This document shows, piece by piece, positions 14,001-26,469 of a stretch of 64,000 nucleotides of DNA. Source of the DNA: Eledone cirrhosa (taxonomy: Eukaryota); the NCBI GenBank assembly GCA_964016885.1, contig OZ024744.1, positions 83,948,001 to 84,012,000 on the forward strand, given 5' to 3'. Under the pieces are notes generated by a model, which worked only from the letters and a program-made list of their open reading frames with translations, did not search any database and was not told the DNA's origin. Numbering within the stretch: the stretch's first letter is position 1; each line of letters begins with the position of its first letter. A program made the translations under genes and the position numbers.

Positions 14001-14055
<55 letters not shown>

Positions 14056-14120
14056 CAATGAGCTATTTAATTTCTATCCAAATAGAACTCACAACAGTAA
14101 GTTCTAGTTTGAATATGTTA

Positions 14121-14214
14121 CTATCTATAAAACAAAACCACTTTTGTATTTTATCTGATGAGATTCCCCCCTTGAAATATATATAATAAAATAAATATGG
14201 TTTTATCAAGATAG
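14121..14214 (+). ncRNA. Type I hammerhead-like motif with weak stem II
   Basis: UAUUUUAU-CUGAUGA-GAUUCCCCCCUU-GAAA-UAUAUA-UA/AUAAAAUA, plus a distal AAAACCA/UGGUUUU helix. Confidence 0.5.
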
Positions 14215-14332
14215 TTTCGATTTATTTCAAATCCCGCCGAGGTTGACTTTGCCTTTCATCTTTACGAGGTCGATAAAATAAAATACCAGTAATGCACTGG
14301 GTAATTGCTGGCCTTGTGCCTAAAGTAGAAAC

Positions 14333-14363
<31 letters not shown>

Positions 14364-14366
<3 letters not shown>

Positions 14367-14606
14367 CTTAAGATGCAGTGGGAATACGAAGAAAGCAAGA
14401 ACAGGGGGGGGGGGTTCCTCATCAGCTGTCTACTGGGGGTCGATGATATTTCTACGCTTTAAAGACAAGATACCACTTCACCCCAGGGCGTCAATAACTG
14501 GATAAGTTAATGGGAAAACGAAGGAGGAAAGGAAAGCAACTGATGAAGAAAACTCCCCCCCCCCCCCGTTCTTGCTTTCTTCGTATTCCCACTGCATTTT
14601 AAGTTA
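14364..14606. repeat. Inverted repeat, ~62-67 bp arms with ~115 bp spacer
   Basis: TAACTTAAGATGCAGTGGGAATACGAAGAAAGCAAGAAC..TCATCAG matches its reverse complement at 14540-14606. Confidence 0.85.
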
Positions 14607-15118
14607 CCTTAAATAGCAACTACACAGCCATTTATATTCTCCATATATTTCATCATTATACATATAAATATATATAAATATATATATGCAAAAGTTCTAT
14701 TTAAAATTGTTGGGATACAACAAGTAAATATTTTATAACTGATATAAAGCACTCGACGTATTTTAATTTGGTATCCCTGAAATATGTATAATGTATAATT
14801 GTTTCTACTTTAGGTACAAGGCCAGCAATTACCCAGTACATTACTGGTACTTTATTTTATCGACCCCGTAAGGATGAAAGGTAAAGTTAACCTCGGCGGG
14901 ATTTGAACTCAAACTGTAAAGGGATATAACTATGCTAGAAAGCATGGAGTCTAACCTTCTACCGATACTGCCAATTCACCGCCTTTATAATGTATAATGA
15001 AATATATATGGTTTTATAAATATAGTTTCCATTTATTTAATATCGTATATATATATATATATATATTTCGTTTCTGAATTGGCAACATCTTATTGGCAAC
15101 ATGACCCTCCCAAAGTAT

Positions 15119-15149
<31 letters not shown>

Positions 15150-15155
<6 letters not shown>

Positions 15156-15533
15156 GTTAGAATATGTGTAATAAGGCCAAGACAATGCAGATATGGACAT
15201 AGAAAAAAGAATGAAATAGTGAAAGATATTGATGTGAATTCGCCTTTCACCTTGAATTTATTTAAATGTCCTTAATTTTCGAGATATCTCTTCTTCGGAG
15301 GGAAGTAAAGGTCTCAGACCAGCGTCTTTAAATCTCTAAATTAGAGATTTAAAGACGCTGGTCTGAGACCTTTACTTCCCTCCGAAGAAGAGATATTATC
15401 TCGAAAATTAAGGACATTTAAATAAATTCAAGGTGAAAGACGAATTCACATCAATATCTTTCACTATTACATTCTTTTTTCTATGTCCATATCTGCATTG
15501 TCTTGGCCTTATTACACATATTCTAACGTTTTA
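15150..15533. repeat. Near-perfect palindrome with ~190-bp arms and 1-nt spacer, between (TA)n tracts
   Basis: Centre TCTCTAA-A-TTAGAGA at 15340. The arms match except for a few substitutions and a 3-nt indel. Confidence 0.95.
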
Positions 15534-15575
15534 CCTCATTACACAATGCTTCAAGTGAACTATAACCTCCTCCTT

Positions 15576-15649
<74 letters not shown>

Positions 15650-15942
15650 ATATATATATACATGTACATTTACATACACATATATATTTTTATATGACCA
15701 TCTCTACAATTAATGTTTTTGTCTGCCCCCACTCTTTCGCGCTCTCTATCTATCTTTCTATCTCCTCTCTCTATCTCTCTCTCTGATAGTCTTCAGCGAA
15801 ATATATATATAACGGATTTTAATAAACCTAAACCAAATGAATGTCGCCTCGGACTTTTTATTGATATATATATATATACTCTTTTACTCTTCTACCTGTT
15901 CCAGCCATCCGGCTGAGGCCATGCTGGGGCACCTAACTTTGG

Positions 15943-15993
15943 AAAAAATATGGAACGCTTCACGAATTTGCCTCTCATCCTTGCCCAGGGGCT

Positions 15994-16026
<33 letters not shown>

Positions 16027-16040
16027 AATATGTACTGCCG
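15943..16040 (-). pseudogene. U6: U6 snRNA retrocopy or pseudogene (first ~10 nt missing)
   Basis: Minus strand CGGCAGTACATATTCTAAAATTGGAACGATACAGAGAAGATTAGCATAGCCCCTGGGCAAGGATGAGAGGCAAATTCGTGAAGCGTTCCATATTTTTT. The ACAGAGA box is intact with ~5 substitutions elsewhere. Upstream is (CT)n with no promoter. Confidence 0.92.
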
Positions 16041-16052
16041 TAAAGAGAGAGA

Positions 16053-16130
<78 letters not shown>

Positions 16131-16165
16131 CAGAGAGAGAGCGAGAAAGGGAGATAGATAGATAA

Positions 16166-16212
<47 letters not shown>

Positions 16213-16214
16213 TA

Positions 16215-16710
16215 TTTCTTTATTAGCCACAGGGGCGCAAAAGAAGGGGACAAATACAAAGAGGGAAGTTTACATACAATAAAAACGTGTAAAATGTTAT
16301 CACAGATGGAATTTAAAAGTTAGTCGATTTTCCCCAATAGAGGGAGACAGTTTATATGGGTAACACATACCCCCGAAAAAAAATGTGCAACCCTCATCTC
16401 CAGGAGTACGAAGAGCTTGTACTCCTTTCCTCTCCTCCTCCTTTTCCTCAATCTACAGGCTGATATAGAGAGAAGGCCCATTCACTCGGGCCATTCTCGC
16501 CACTTTCACCCACCTTTCATAAAACTTGCTGGGGTACAGCACCTCTCTCTCCATCCTGATTCTTCTTCCAAAGTGGTATTTGAAAAAAAGAATCAGTTGT
16601 TGGCCGGAGAGAAAGGTGTCTGACCTCAGCCCTTTCAACCTTGTCCACCATACAACCTCTTTTGCCATAGCTATCACACAAAGGAAAACCGCCTCTCCTT
16701 CGTTTTTGTA
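16215..16710 (-). mobile_element. Tx1-clade LINE 3' fragment in (GATA)n
   Basis: EAVFLCVIAMAKEVVWWTRLKGL is shared with the other Tx1 copies. Ends GCTAATAAAGAAA and has (TATC)n on both sides. Confidence 0.8.
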
Positions 16711-16728
16711 GATAGATAGATAGATAGC

Positions 16729-16831
<103 letters not shown>

Positions 16832-17799
16832 GCATTCTGGGTATATGATATATCTTTATGAAACAAGTGTGTATATGCTCTATTTTGTAGTCCATAGTTT
16901 TGCACTAGGGCACCTGATATTTCGAGTATTGGTTCATATTTTGGGGGAGAACGTTACTGCTACAATTTAGCTTCAGAATATTACATACACCAAAATATTA
17001 CATTAGATATTAGAAAGAGTTATTGATTAGTCAAAGGATTTAGAGTAATTATGAAATTGAGAACAATATTTTGAAAAAAGGTATATTTTCTGAGAATTAT
17101 TTGGTTTTTTTTTTCAATTTCTAATTTTAAACGAACTGACCACGTAAAAAGTGAAGATATTTTGCAAATAATTAACAGACAGCAATTGGCCTTGATAAAG
17201 AATCATTACACACGATAGCTAATAACTGTAGAACATTGGCTAAGATCAAATAACAGCTTAGTATCGAGGTCAAGATAAGAGCGTCCATGCCGCGACCCTA
17301 TGAGTATTGATAAGATACTGCTAATCCCATCACCACCACAAGCAACAGTTATAAGTGTGGACACGATAAGAAGAAGAAGTCCAGTATCACGATTTGCTCT
17401 CTAGCATCCAGTGAATGGTAAGTATAGGGGAGACCGTCCAACAAAAAGCTATATCAAACATATAGAGAACATAAACGAACGCATGCTTTAAACCCAGAAC
17501 ACATAAACCAGGAAGAGTGGAGAAGTACAGTCGAGTTGTTTGGCACAAGGCCAACAATTTTGGGGAAGGGGCAAGTCGATTAAATTGACCCCATTGTGTT
17601 ACTGGTACTTTATTCTATCGACCCCATAATGATGAAAGTCAAGCCAACCTCGGAGTACGTAAAGAAACGCAATTCTATGCCAGAAAGCATGTTCTCCGAC
17701 GTTCTAACGGTATTGCCAATCAAAATCATATTGATTTGATAATTTCCTTATTTATTAAACTCAATTTGAAACTTTTTTTGAATAGATTTAATGTGAACA

Positions 17800-18010
17800 A
17801 CCAACAGTCGATCGACTTTCGTCAAATCGGGCCAAGAAAAACAATGTTTCCATTGGTCTTTCAAATTGCTAATACTGTCTATCGGTCGCACATCCGGGTA
17901 GAAGGAGCAACGTGAAATAAAGGACATAACGCATCGCCAGCTCCGGGAATCGAACTCACAACCTCACGAGTGCGAATCTAATTCTCTAACCACTCAGCCA
18001 AGCACCTTCG
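17800..18010 (-). mobile_element. tRNA-derived SINE, family B
   Basis: TGGCTGAGTGGTTAGAG A-box and GAGTTCGATTCCC B-box. The tail is also seen at ~3920-4050 and ~63665-63725. Confidence 0.7.
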
Positions 18011-18157
18011 GATAGAAAAATGTGAACAATTCTGAAGATTAATAAAGGTATATGTGAAGGCATATATATGTTTACATATGAAAAACATATTCACGTTTCA
18101 CTATGAATGTTTGAAGATGTGATCGTGTTACAGCTATCATAACAGCTGTGCTAGAAA

Positions 18158-18200
18158 GTCAGACTTATGTTTCAGGATTTTTTAATCCATCATCAGCGAC
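18158..18200 (-). ncRNA. Minimal type I hammerhead ribozyme (GUC triplet)
   Basis: GUCG-CUGAUGA-U GGAUU AAAA AAUCC U-GAAA-C AUAA G-UC/UGAC. Confidence 0.7.
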
Positions 18201-18386
18201 ATCATCTCACTCGGTACTGGAAAAAGAGTAAGATATATATTATATCCATTTTACGTATAAAAACATCTGCTGGAGACGTTCATTTACATATAGTGTGTAC
18301 TTGATTATACTGGGATTATTTAGCAATAACACTAACATAGTTCATAATTGTTGTGTATATGAAAGCATGTATGATATGCTTATGTG

Positions 18387-18584
18387 CGAGGGTCGGTTGA
18401 AAAGTTCATAAGTTGACCAATATACTCTCATGGAATGACCAAATGAGATTTATTTTTCAACATAGTCCCTGGAAAGAAACAATGCAGCTATTAATAAGAA
18501 GAATTGAAATTAATCCATGCAAGATTTCACAGCTCTAATATCACATCTTCATTGTCAGCCCATGAACTTTTTAGCCGAACCTCG
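18387..18584. mobile_element. Mariner-derived MITE
   Basis: Terminal inverted repeats CGAGGGTCGGTTGAAAAGTTCAT and ATGAACTTTTTAGCCGAACCTCG. Confidence 0.65.
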
Positions 18585-18807
18585 AATAATTAGCATATAT
18601 AAGTCTCACTATGAATATTTTATGTTATGATCGTGTCGTGAGATATAATGTCTTTTCTTTGTGTGACACTTCTTTCCTTTTCTTTTAATAACTGAAATCC
18701 ATTATATTATGATTTTATATATCATGTTATAAATGTTCACCCAATCCATAAATGTCTTTTTAGTTGAGGCACAAGAGCAGCAATTTACTTTTATTATTAT
18801 TGCCATT

Positions 18808-20620
18808 CTGGTGGATTGGCAGTATCGGTAGAGGGTCGGACGCCATGCTTTCCAGCATAGTTACGTCCCTTTACGATCTGAGTTCAAATCCCGCCGAGGT
18901 TGACTTTGCCTTTCATCCTTACGGGGTCGATAAAATAAAGTACCAGTAATGCACTGGGGTAATTGCTGGCCTTGTGCCTAAAGTAGAAACAATTATTATT
19001 GCCATTCTGAGTTCAAATCCCGCCAAAGTTAACTTTGCCTTTCATCCTTACGGGGTCGATAAAATAAAGTACCAGTAATGCTCTGGGTAATTGCTGGCCT
19101 TGTGCTAAAAGTAGAAACAATTATTATCGGTGGATTGGCAGTATCCGGTAGAGGGTTGGACACCATGCATTGACGCATAGAGTTACGGCCCTTGCCATTC
19201 TGAGTTCAAATCCTGCCGTAGTTAACTTTGCCTTTCATCCTTACGGGGTCGATAAAATAAAGTACCAGTAATGCACTGGGTAATTGCTAGCCTTGTGCCA
19301 ATAGTAGAAACAATTATTATTATTGTATAAAGGGCGGTGGATTGGCAGTATCGGTAGAGAGACAGCCGCCATACTTTGCAGCATTGAGTTACGGCTCTTT
19401 ATGGTTTGAGTTCAAATACCACCGAGGTTAACTGTGCCTTCCATCCTTACGGGGTCGATAAAAGAAAGTACCAGTAATGCACTGGGATAATTGATGCCTT
19501 GTGCCAAAAATAGAAACAATTATTGTTATTATATGAGTGGGGGGGGAAATATTACAGTTGGTGTTGGTGTTTTTGAATTGGCTAGAGTATGAGGTTACTG
19601 GTTTGGTCAAATAGATAACAAGAAAACAAATATGGACCGTTAGTCTATTTATTTATCACTTATGTTAGATTAAATTAGATACTATATCGAAATTTTTAGA
19701 TATTTTAGATATTTATTCAAAGATACTGAAGTTATATTTGTTTCTACTTTAGGCACAAGGCCAGCAATTACCCAGTGCATTACTGGTACTTTATTTTATC
19801 GACCCCGTAAGGATGAAAGGCAAAGTTAACATCGGCGAGATTTGAACTCAGATCGTAAAGGGACGTAACTATGCTGGAAAGCATGGCGTCCCACTCACTA
19901 CCGATACTGCCAATCCACCATAATGTAACTATATATTATACAAAATGTTAAATTACTAATTTCATAGTCAATTTATGTTTCTTTTTATATTTATAATTGT
20001 ATTTTAGTAAATATTAAATGAATGGAAAAATATTTAACAGTTGGCGTTCTGTCGTTTGTGCTCCTCATTGAAACCAGTAAAGTGAACAGAAGGACTATAT
20101 ACTACGGCCACGTAAAAAAAAAAAATCGTTATTAATAGAAAGATGTGAAAGTGTGCAACCTATAAATATTTATTTGTTTGGCAGTATCGGTAGACGGTCG
20201 GACGCCATGCTATGCGGCATAGAGTTTCGGCCATTTACCGTCTGAATTCAAATCCCTCCGAGATTCACTTTTGCCTTTCATCCTTACGGGGGTCGATAAA
20301 ATAACGTACCAGTCACACACTGGGGTCGATTTAATCGACTTTCCCCTCCACCAAAATTGCTGGCCTTGTGCCTATATAAGAAACAGTTATTAAGAGAAAA
20401 GATGTGAAAGTGTGCAACCTATAAATATGTATTTGTTTGGCAGTATCGGTAGACGGTCGGACGCCATGCTATGCGGCATAGAGTTTCGGCCATTTACCGT
20501 CTGAGTACAAATCCCGACGAGATTCACTTTTGCCTTTCATCCTTACGGGGGTCGATAAAATAAAGTACCAGTAATGCACTGGAGTAATTGCTGGCCTTGT
20601 ACGAAATAGTAGAAACAATT
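18808..20620. mobile_element. Dense family A SINE cluster (4 tandem plus-strand copies, one minus copy, one duplicated pair)
   Basis: SINE body at ~18808, 19000, 19128 and 19331 (+), 19740 (-), and 20178 and 20438 (+). Confidence 0.85.
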
Positions 20621-20923
20621 ATTTGTTTGATCTATAATTCGGTATACTTTGTCATTTTATTAACTCAAATATGAAGGTAATGGACGTGAGATGATTGGGG
20701 AATAGTTTGTAAAATGGAATACCCTAACACACGTGTATTCTAGAAGTGGGCTTAAACTGTTCATTCTTTCTTTCGAATTCTTTCCCACCGTTTCTTTCTC
20801 TTTCACAGCAATAAACTCCACTCACTTCTCAACTCTTGTTCCGATTTTATTCTACCATCTTTCTTTGTCTCGTTTTCGTTTATTTATTTATTTATTTATT
20901 TAATTATTTATTTATTTATTTGT

Positions 20924-20954
<31 letters not shown>

Positions 20955-21055
20955 TTTGTCCTCATTGTCAGCGTTGTCGTCTCCCACTGCCTCCTTCTCC
21001 TCTTCCTCCTCATACTCTTCCTCCTCCTCCTCCTCATCCTCCACCCTCTCTTCCT

Positions 21056-21097
<42 letters not shown>

Positions 21098-21246
21098 TAT
21101 CACCATCATCAGTATCACCATCATCATAATCATCATCGGCATCATCATCATCGGCATCATCATCGGCATCGTCATCATTGGCATCATCATCATCATTCTC
21201 ATAATCCTCATCATTATCATCATCATAATCATTATCATCATTATCC

Positions 21247-23200
21247 TAGCCAGGTCCATACATGACAATCTCCACCTCATGCGATACATCATAGAGAGGG
21301 TAGGGTGTAAACCTGGCTTCGGTGGGTCACTGATCAATTTAGATCAATCGGTACCTGTAGTTTGTCCTCAAAGCAGCTGGCTTCGGCCCTGTTTTCAGAA
21401 GCTGGATCGCTGCAATGCACAGCGGCACACGTTCGGTGGTCAAGGTTAACGGAACCATTTCGGCGCTCCCGGTCGGTCCGTCAAGGGTGCCCTCTCTCTT
21501 CCCTTCTGTACGTATTGACTCTCGAGCCTTTACTGCGGAAGCTGGAGCTGTTGCAGGGCATCCCGCTCGAACCGGGACGTGGAAAGGCGGTGTCGGCTTA
21601 TGCGGACTACATCACCGTGATGGTGTCGGACACCTCAGAAATTGAGGTGATCGGCACCTTATTGAAGGAATATGAAAGATTGACTGGAGCCAAATTTAAC
21701 CCGGAAAAGTCGGTGGGATAGCAGTTCGGAACCTGGAGAGGCAAGCATATGCCGTCCAACAGCGTTGTGGGGCGCTGGACGGACGGACCGGTAAAGTTGC
21801 TCGGGATTTTGTTCGGACCAGACCTCCAGGTGGAAAACAATTGAGACGAGGTAACGAGCAGAGTAGCCAGACTCACCCAAAAATGGGCTGGGAGGAAGCT
21901 ATCACTGAAAGGTCGCGCGGAGGTGGCGAATGCGTACATCGCGTCCGTCATCTACTACCGCCTCACCGTCGTGCCTTGCCCCCGTCCGCGCCTCATCAAG
22001 TTGGCACGGCTCCTCTTCAAATTCTTGTGGAGGGGACAAGTTCCGTTGGTGAGGTGGTCCATCTGCTGCGAGCACCCTCTACGCGGAGGGCTGGGCATGC
22101 CATGGCTAATGATGCGCAGAAATGCGTTGAAACTGCGACATCTCCAGATATTCTGACTCAACGGTGAACAGGTGTAGTCGCCGTTTATCAGACGGGCCTT
22201 TCCGCAGCTCATTTCTTTGACTGAGCTGCAGTCCTGGGTCAAGAAGAGACCGAGACTGGGTGACTGGCACCTGGAATGTTGCCAGGTACTCACTGGCCTC
22301 TACCAAGCGGGCAATGCGATCAGTGGAACTTCCACTCTCGAGTTCTATACAGGATTAGTAGTGGGCAAGTGCGATGACGCACTCGGAGACCACTTTGGGC
22401 CTCGACGAAGTCGAACTGACCAGTCTGTACCGGAGGTCTTTCGAGCCGGGGACGATGGACAATTTCCAGAACTCCCTCGCTTGGCAGTGCTACTGGGGGG
22501 CACTTCCGGTTCGGGATAAACTCTACAGGCACGGAATTGCTGTGAGACGGACCTGCCCAAGATGCGCACAGAACGACGAAACCGTTCTGCACGCACTTGT
22601 CCAATGTCCGTGCATTACTGACTTGTGGAGTTATGTCGAACAGCTACTGTCGCGTGTGGAACGAATCCGGCTATCGGCCGAGTCCATAGTGAAGATCGAC
22701 GCACCACCTTCCTTAGGTCAGGAAGAGCAGGAAATTTTCCTCTGTCTGGTGGCAGTTGCGAAAGAGGTTATATGGTGGACCAGGTTGAAAGGACTGAAGA
22801 CAGACACTTTTCTCTTCGGCCAATCCCTCCTCAACTACTTCAAGTTTCACCTGAAAAGGAAGTTGATGGTGGAGGGAGAAGTGCTACCCCCCAGTACATT
22901 TGCTAAAAGGTGGGTGAATGTGACGAGAATGGCTTGCTAACTTGAGGAGAGGGGTTGCTCTCCCTGGGGGCCCTAGAAGCGCAGGATTGGTGGTGTACCC
23001 GAGTCACCCCAGCCCCCCCCCCCCCCCTATAGGGGAATTTATTTTGTTATATTCATGCATAGTTTATTTTATATTTTTATATCTTCATTGTTAAATTAGT
23101 CTTGCCATTGTGCACTTTTACTCGACCTTATTGTAAACCCCCACTGTCCCTGTATTTGTATTGTCCCCTACATGTCGGCCCTTTTGGCTAATAAATGAAA
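21247..23200 (+). mobile_element. 5'-truncated Tx1-clade LINE (decayed ORF2: RT, zinc-binding C-terminus, 3' UTR) in (ATC)n
   Basis: SVRQGCPLS, AYAD(Y), KWAGRKLSLKGRAEVAN and CPRC..ETVLHALVQC, with stops and frameshifts. Ends GCTAATAAATGAAA followed by TCATCAT. Confidence 0.9.
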
Positions 23201-23385
23201 TCATCATTACCATCATCATTATCACGATCATCATCCTCACTTTTAGCAAATCGTCCTCTTACTCCTCAACCACCTCATGATCATCATCATCATCATCACC
23301 ACCGTGTGTGTGTCTGTGCGTGTGTCTGTGTGTCTGTGTCTCTGTGTGTGTGAGTGTATGTGTGTGTGTATGTGTGCGTGTGTAT

Positions 23386-23454
<69 letters not shown>

Positions 23455-23789
23455 TCTCCTAAAGTGACAAGCATAGTTTTTTCGTTGGGAGCGAATTAAG
23501 CAAGAGTAGATCGCTTGGTGCTGTACTGAGAAGTGTGAACAAAGTGTAGCCATGTATTTACTCTTTGTAAACATGCTAATATTTGTATGCAGTAAAGTCA
23601 AGTTCGACCAGTCAGAGAAATATATCTACGCATACGCATGCGCGTGTGCGATACAAACACACGCACACACACACATTACACTCACACAGAAATATATACA
23701 CAAACGAGCGTCTGTATACACACATGCATACTCATCCACACATGCATGCATACATACATACATACATACATACATACATACATACATAA

Positions 23790-24203
23790 CATGGTGGTGG
23801 CTGCCAACTCGTTTTCGAGTACGGCCACTACTTTATATCCATGTAGGAGAACCCCTACCGATGCGCTGAATGAGTGTGACATTTTAGTCCAGCCAGCGAC
23901 TTGAAAACTCTGGTACAAACACTACACTTGTGACAATTATTGACACCTAGTGCTGGGCCCATGGTACCATGTGACGACAAGTGCAGAGAGATCTCCAGAT
24001 ATAAAGCAATGCCTGTGCCGTGAAGCTTTTATAGTGAGCAAAGGCACTGCACAAAGCCAGTCCCACTCTCTTAACCAAGATGATATTTACCAAAAAGAAG
24101 AACAAGTCAACATTGGATACCATCAGGGTTGCAGGTGTTATATCAGAGTTTTCCTTCTCCTAGAATTCTGCCTTGACAAAGGCTAAGGGGTCATCTCTCC
24201 CGG
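23790..24203 (-). mobile_element. Bipartite RTE-derived non-autonomous element
   Basis: Near-identical inverted copy of 56549-57010; (TACA)n flanks. Confidence 0.7.
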
Positions 24204-24261
24204 ATACATACATACATACATACATACATACATACATACATACATACATACATACACACAT

Positions 24262-24732
24262 ACAAGGAGAATATTTATGCAGAGCTGATGAGAAATCTGC
24301 AGATACTCCACCCTGATTACACCTTCTGATTTATGCCTGTGATTATTGGGGCACTGGGATATGTTAGTAACTGCCTCAATACAAATCTTGAGAAGCTAGG
24401 CTTCACAGAAACAGAAAGAACACAACTAGTTAGGTAATTACAAGTACAATCTATTAATGGAACAGTAAAAATTTGTAAAACATTCCAAAAGTTTTGCATC
24501 TAATAACTGCATATACACATGTACAGATACAAAGCTTATACACATGCACACATACAACTCAAAACATACACATCAACACATACAATAACATCCATAGCTA
24601 CACATGCATGCGTACATACATATCTACCTAGTTGGTGTTGTGTAAATTCCAATGAGAGAGTCTTGTCTCTATGTTAGAAACCGACTCTTTCTCTATTGGG
24701 AAAAAATTTGTGAAATTATAAAACCAGAAGAA
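24262..24732 (+). mobile_element. 3' end of an R4-like LINE with restriction-like endonuclease, in (TACA)n
   Basis: KENIYAELMRNLQ..FMPVIIGALG motif. The 3' UTR ends AACCAGAAGAA and runs into (CATA)n, with (TACA)n on the 5' side. Confidence 0.65.
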
Positions 24733-24854
24733 CATACATACATACATACATACATACATACATACATACATACATACATACATACATACATACATACATA
24801 CATACATACATACATACATACATACATACATACATACATAAATACATACATACA

Positions 24855-26005
24855 TGATGACTGCCCCCCTCGTTATCGAGTATGGCCATTGCACGAGAAA
24901 AAAAAACAATAATAACAATAATAATAATAATAACAACAATAATAATAACGACAAAAACAACAATAATAATATACATATATACACACACACGTACACACAC
25001 AAACATATCTATACACACGCACACGATAGCAATTAACAGCGCTGCGGTCGAATGTGGCTTTTTAGCCCAGCCAATGATCTAAAATGTCTTGCACAGAGTT
25101 GGCAACCAAAACATTCACTGTGAATAGTCGGCTGTGGTTGGAGTTCGTGTACTTTTGCATGTCGTATGAGCTCTGCTGCTGATTTACATTCTCTACCATA
25201 TGCTTGGCAAGTATGATGAGTAGCATCTCCAACAGCAGCCTGGTAGTCAACCACTGGTCTTACTTTATGACTGCGAAGATGACTTTCGAGTCCAGCATTG
25301 CTTAGGCAGAGTCTCGCACAGACGCTGCATGTCAGCACCATAGGAGGACCCTCGCCGTCTGGAAGTGCAACAGCAATGCCCTTCCTCACATCCCGCTTTA
25401 CTTTCTCGTATGTGATTCGAGATGCCTCAAAGGCAACTTTCCCCTCATATACAGTCTTTCTCCATTTATTACGATCAGGAGCAATATTTTCCCATGTATC
25501 AGCAGAGATCTTAGCGTCTTTCAGAGGGGCTTTCAATTAATCCTTATACCTCTTTTTTGGTTTATGTGGCGGTCGTTTTCCTTTAACCAACTCTCCATAA
25601 AAGAGTTGTTTTGGTATTCTAGATTCCTTCATCCTGGCAAGGTGACCACTCCAACGGAGTCGTTGCTTAAGCACAAGAGCTTCTATACTGTCACACATAG
25701 AGCTTTCCAAAATCTCGACATCACTGATGTGGTCCCTCCAGTGAACGCCATTGATCTGTCTGAGACACATCTGATGAAAACGCTCCAATTGCTTAAGGTG
25801 GTGTCGATATGTGACCCAGGTCTCGCAGGCATAAAGAAGAGAAAAGAGCACACATGCCTTGTACACTTTTACCTTTGTCCTTGCATATGTCTCGCCGACC
25901 CCAGAGTCGCCTTTCTAGCTTTCCGAAAGCATCACTTGCTTCCCTAATCCTGAGTGGGATTTCACTATCAAGGTTGCTGTATCGATTGACAGTGCTTCCC
26001 AGGTA
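24855..26005 (-). mobile_element. 5'-truncated RTE LINE (RT thumb, C2H2-like fingers, 3' hairpin tail)
   Basis: YLGS, LLYACETW, RLRWSGHLARM..RIPKQLFYGEL, CSVCARLC..GLESH and CQLCARHFRSLAGLKSH. The terminal hairpin at 24855-24897 is separated from the body by a microsatellite. Confidence 0.85.
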
Positions 26006-26469
26006 GACATACATACATACATACATACATACATGCAACACACATGGCCATATAAACACATTCATACATATGTACATACCTGTATATAAACATATACGTA
26101 CGTGCTCACACGGTCATATATACACACATACACACACATATATACACGTACACGTCCATACAAACACATATGTACACACGCACGTCCAGGTACACACTTA
26201 CATACTCACACGTTCATATACGCATATACACACACATCTGCATATAAACATCTAGATATACACACACACACACATGACCATATACACACATACACACAGA
26301 CACCTCCATAAAGACACATGCATACACACACACACACAACTCCATATTGACACATACACACAACCACACGTCCATATACACATGCCTATATACATCACAT
26401 ATAAATACACACACACATGCAAGCACATTATCCCATATATATACACACACATGGCCATATATGCATACG

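Noticed and set aside
15943-16049. Functional U6 gene
   Set aside because: The 5' stem is truncated, conserved positions are substituted, and upstream is (CT)n without PSE or TATA.
17230-17422. Exon-like segment ending in GTAAGT
   Set aside because: Stops occur in all plus-strand frames from the plausible acceptor, and no peptide is recognisable.
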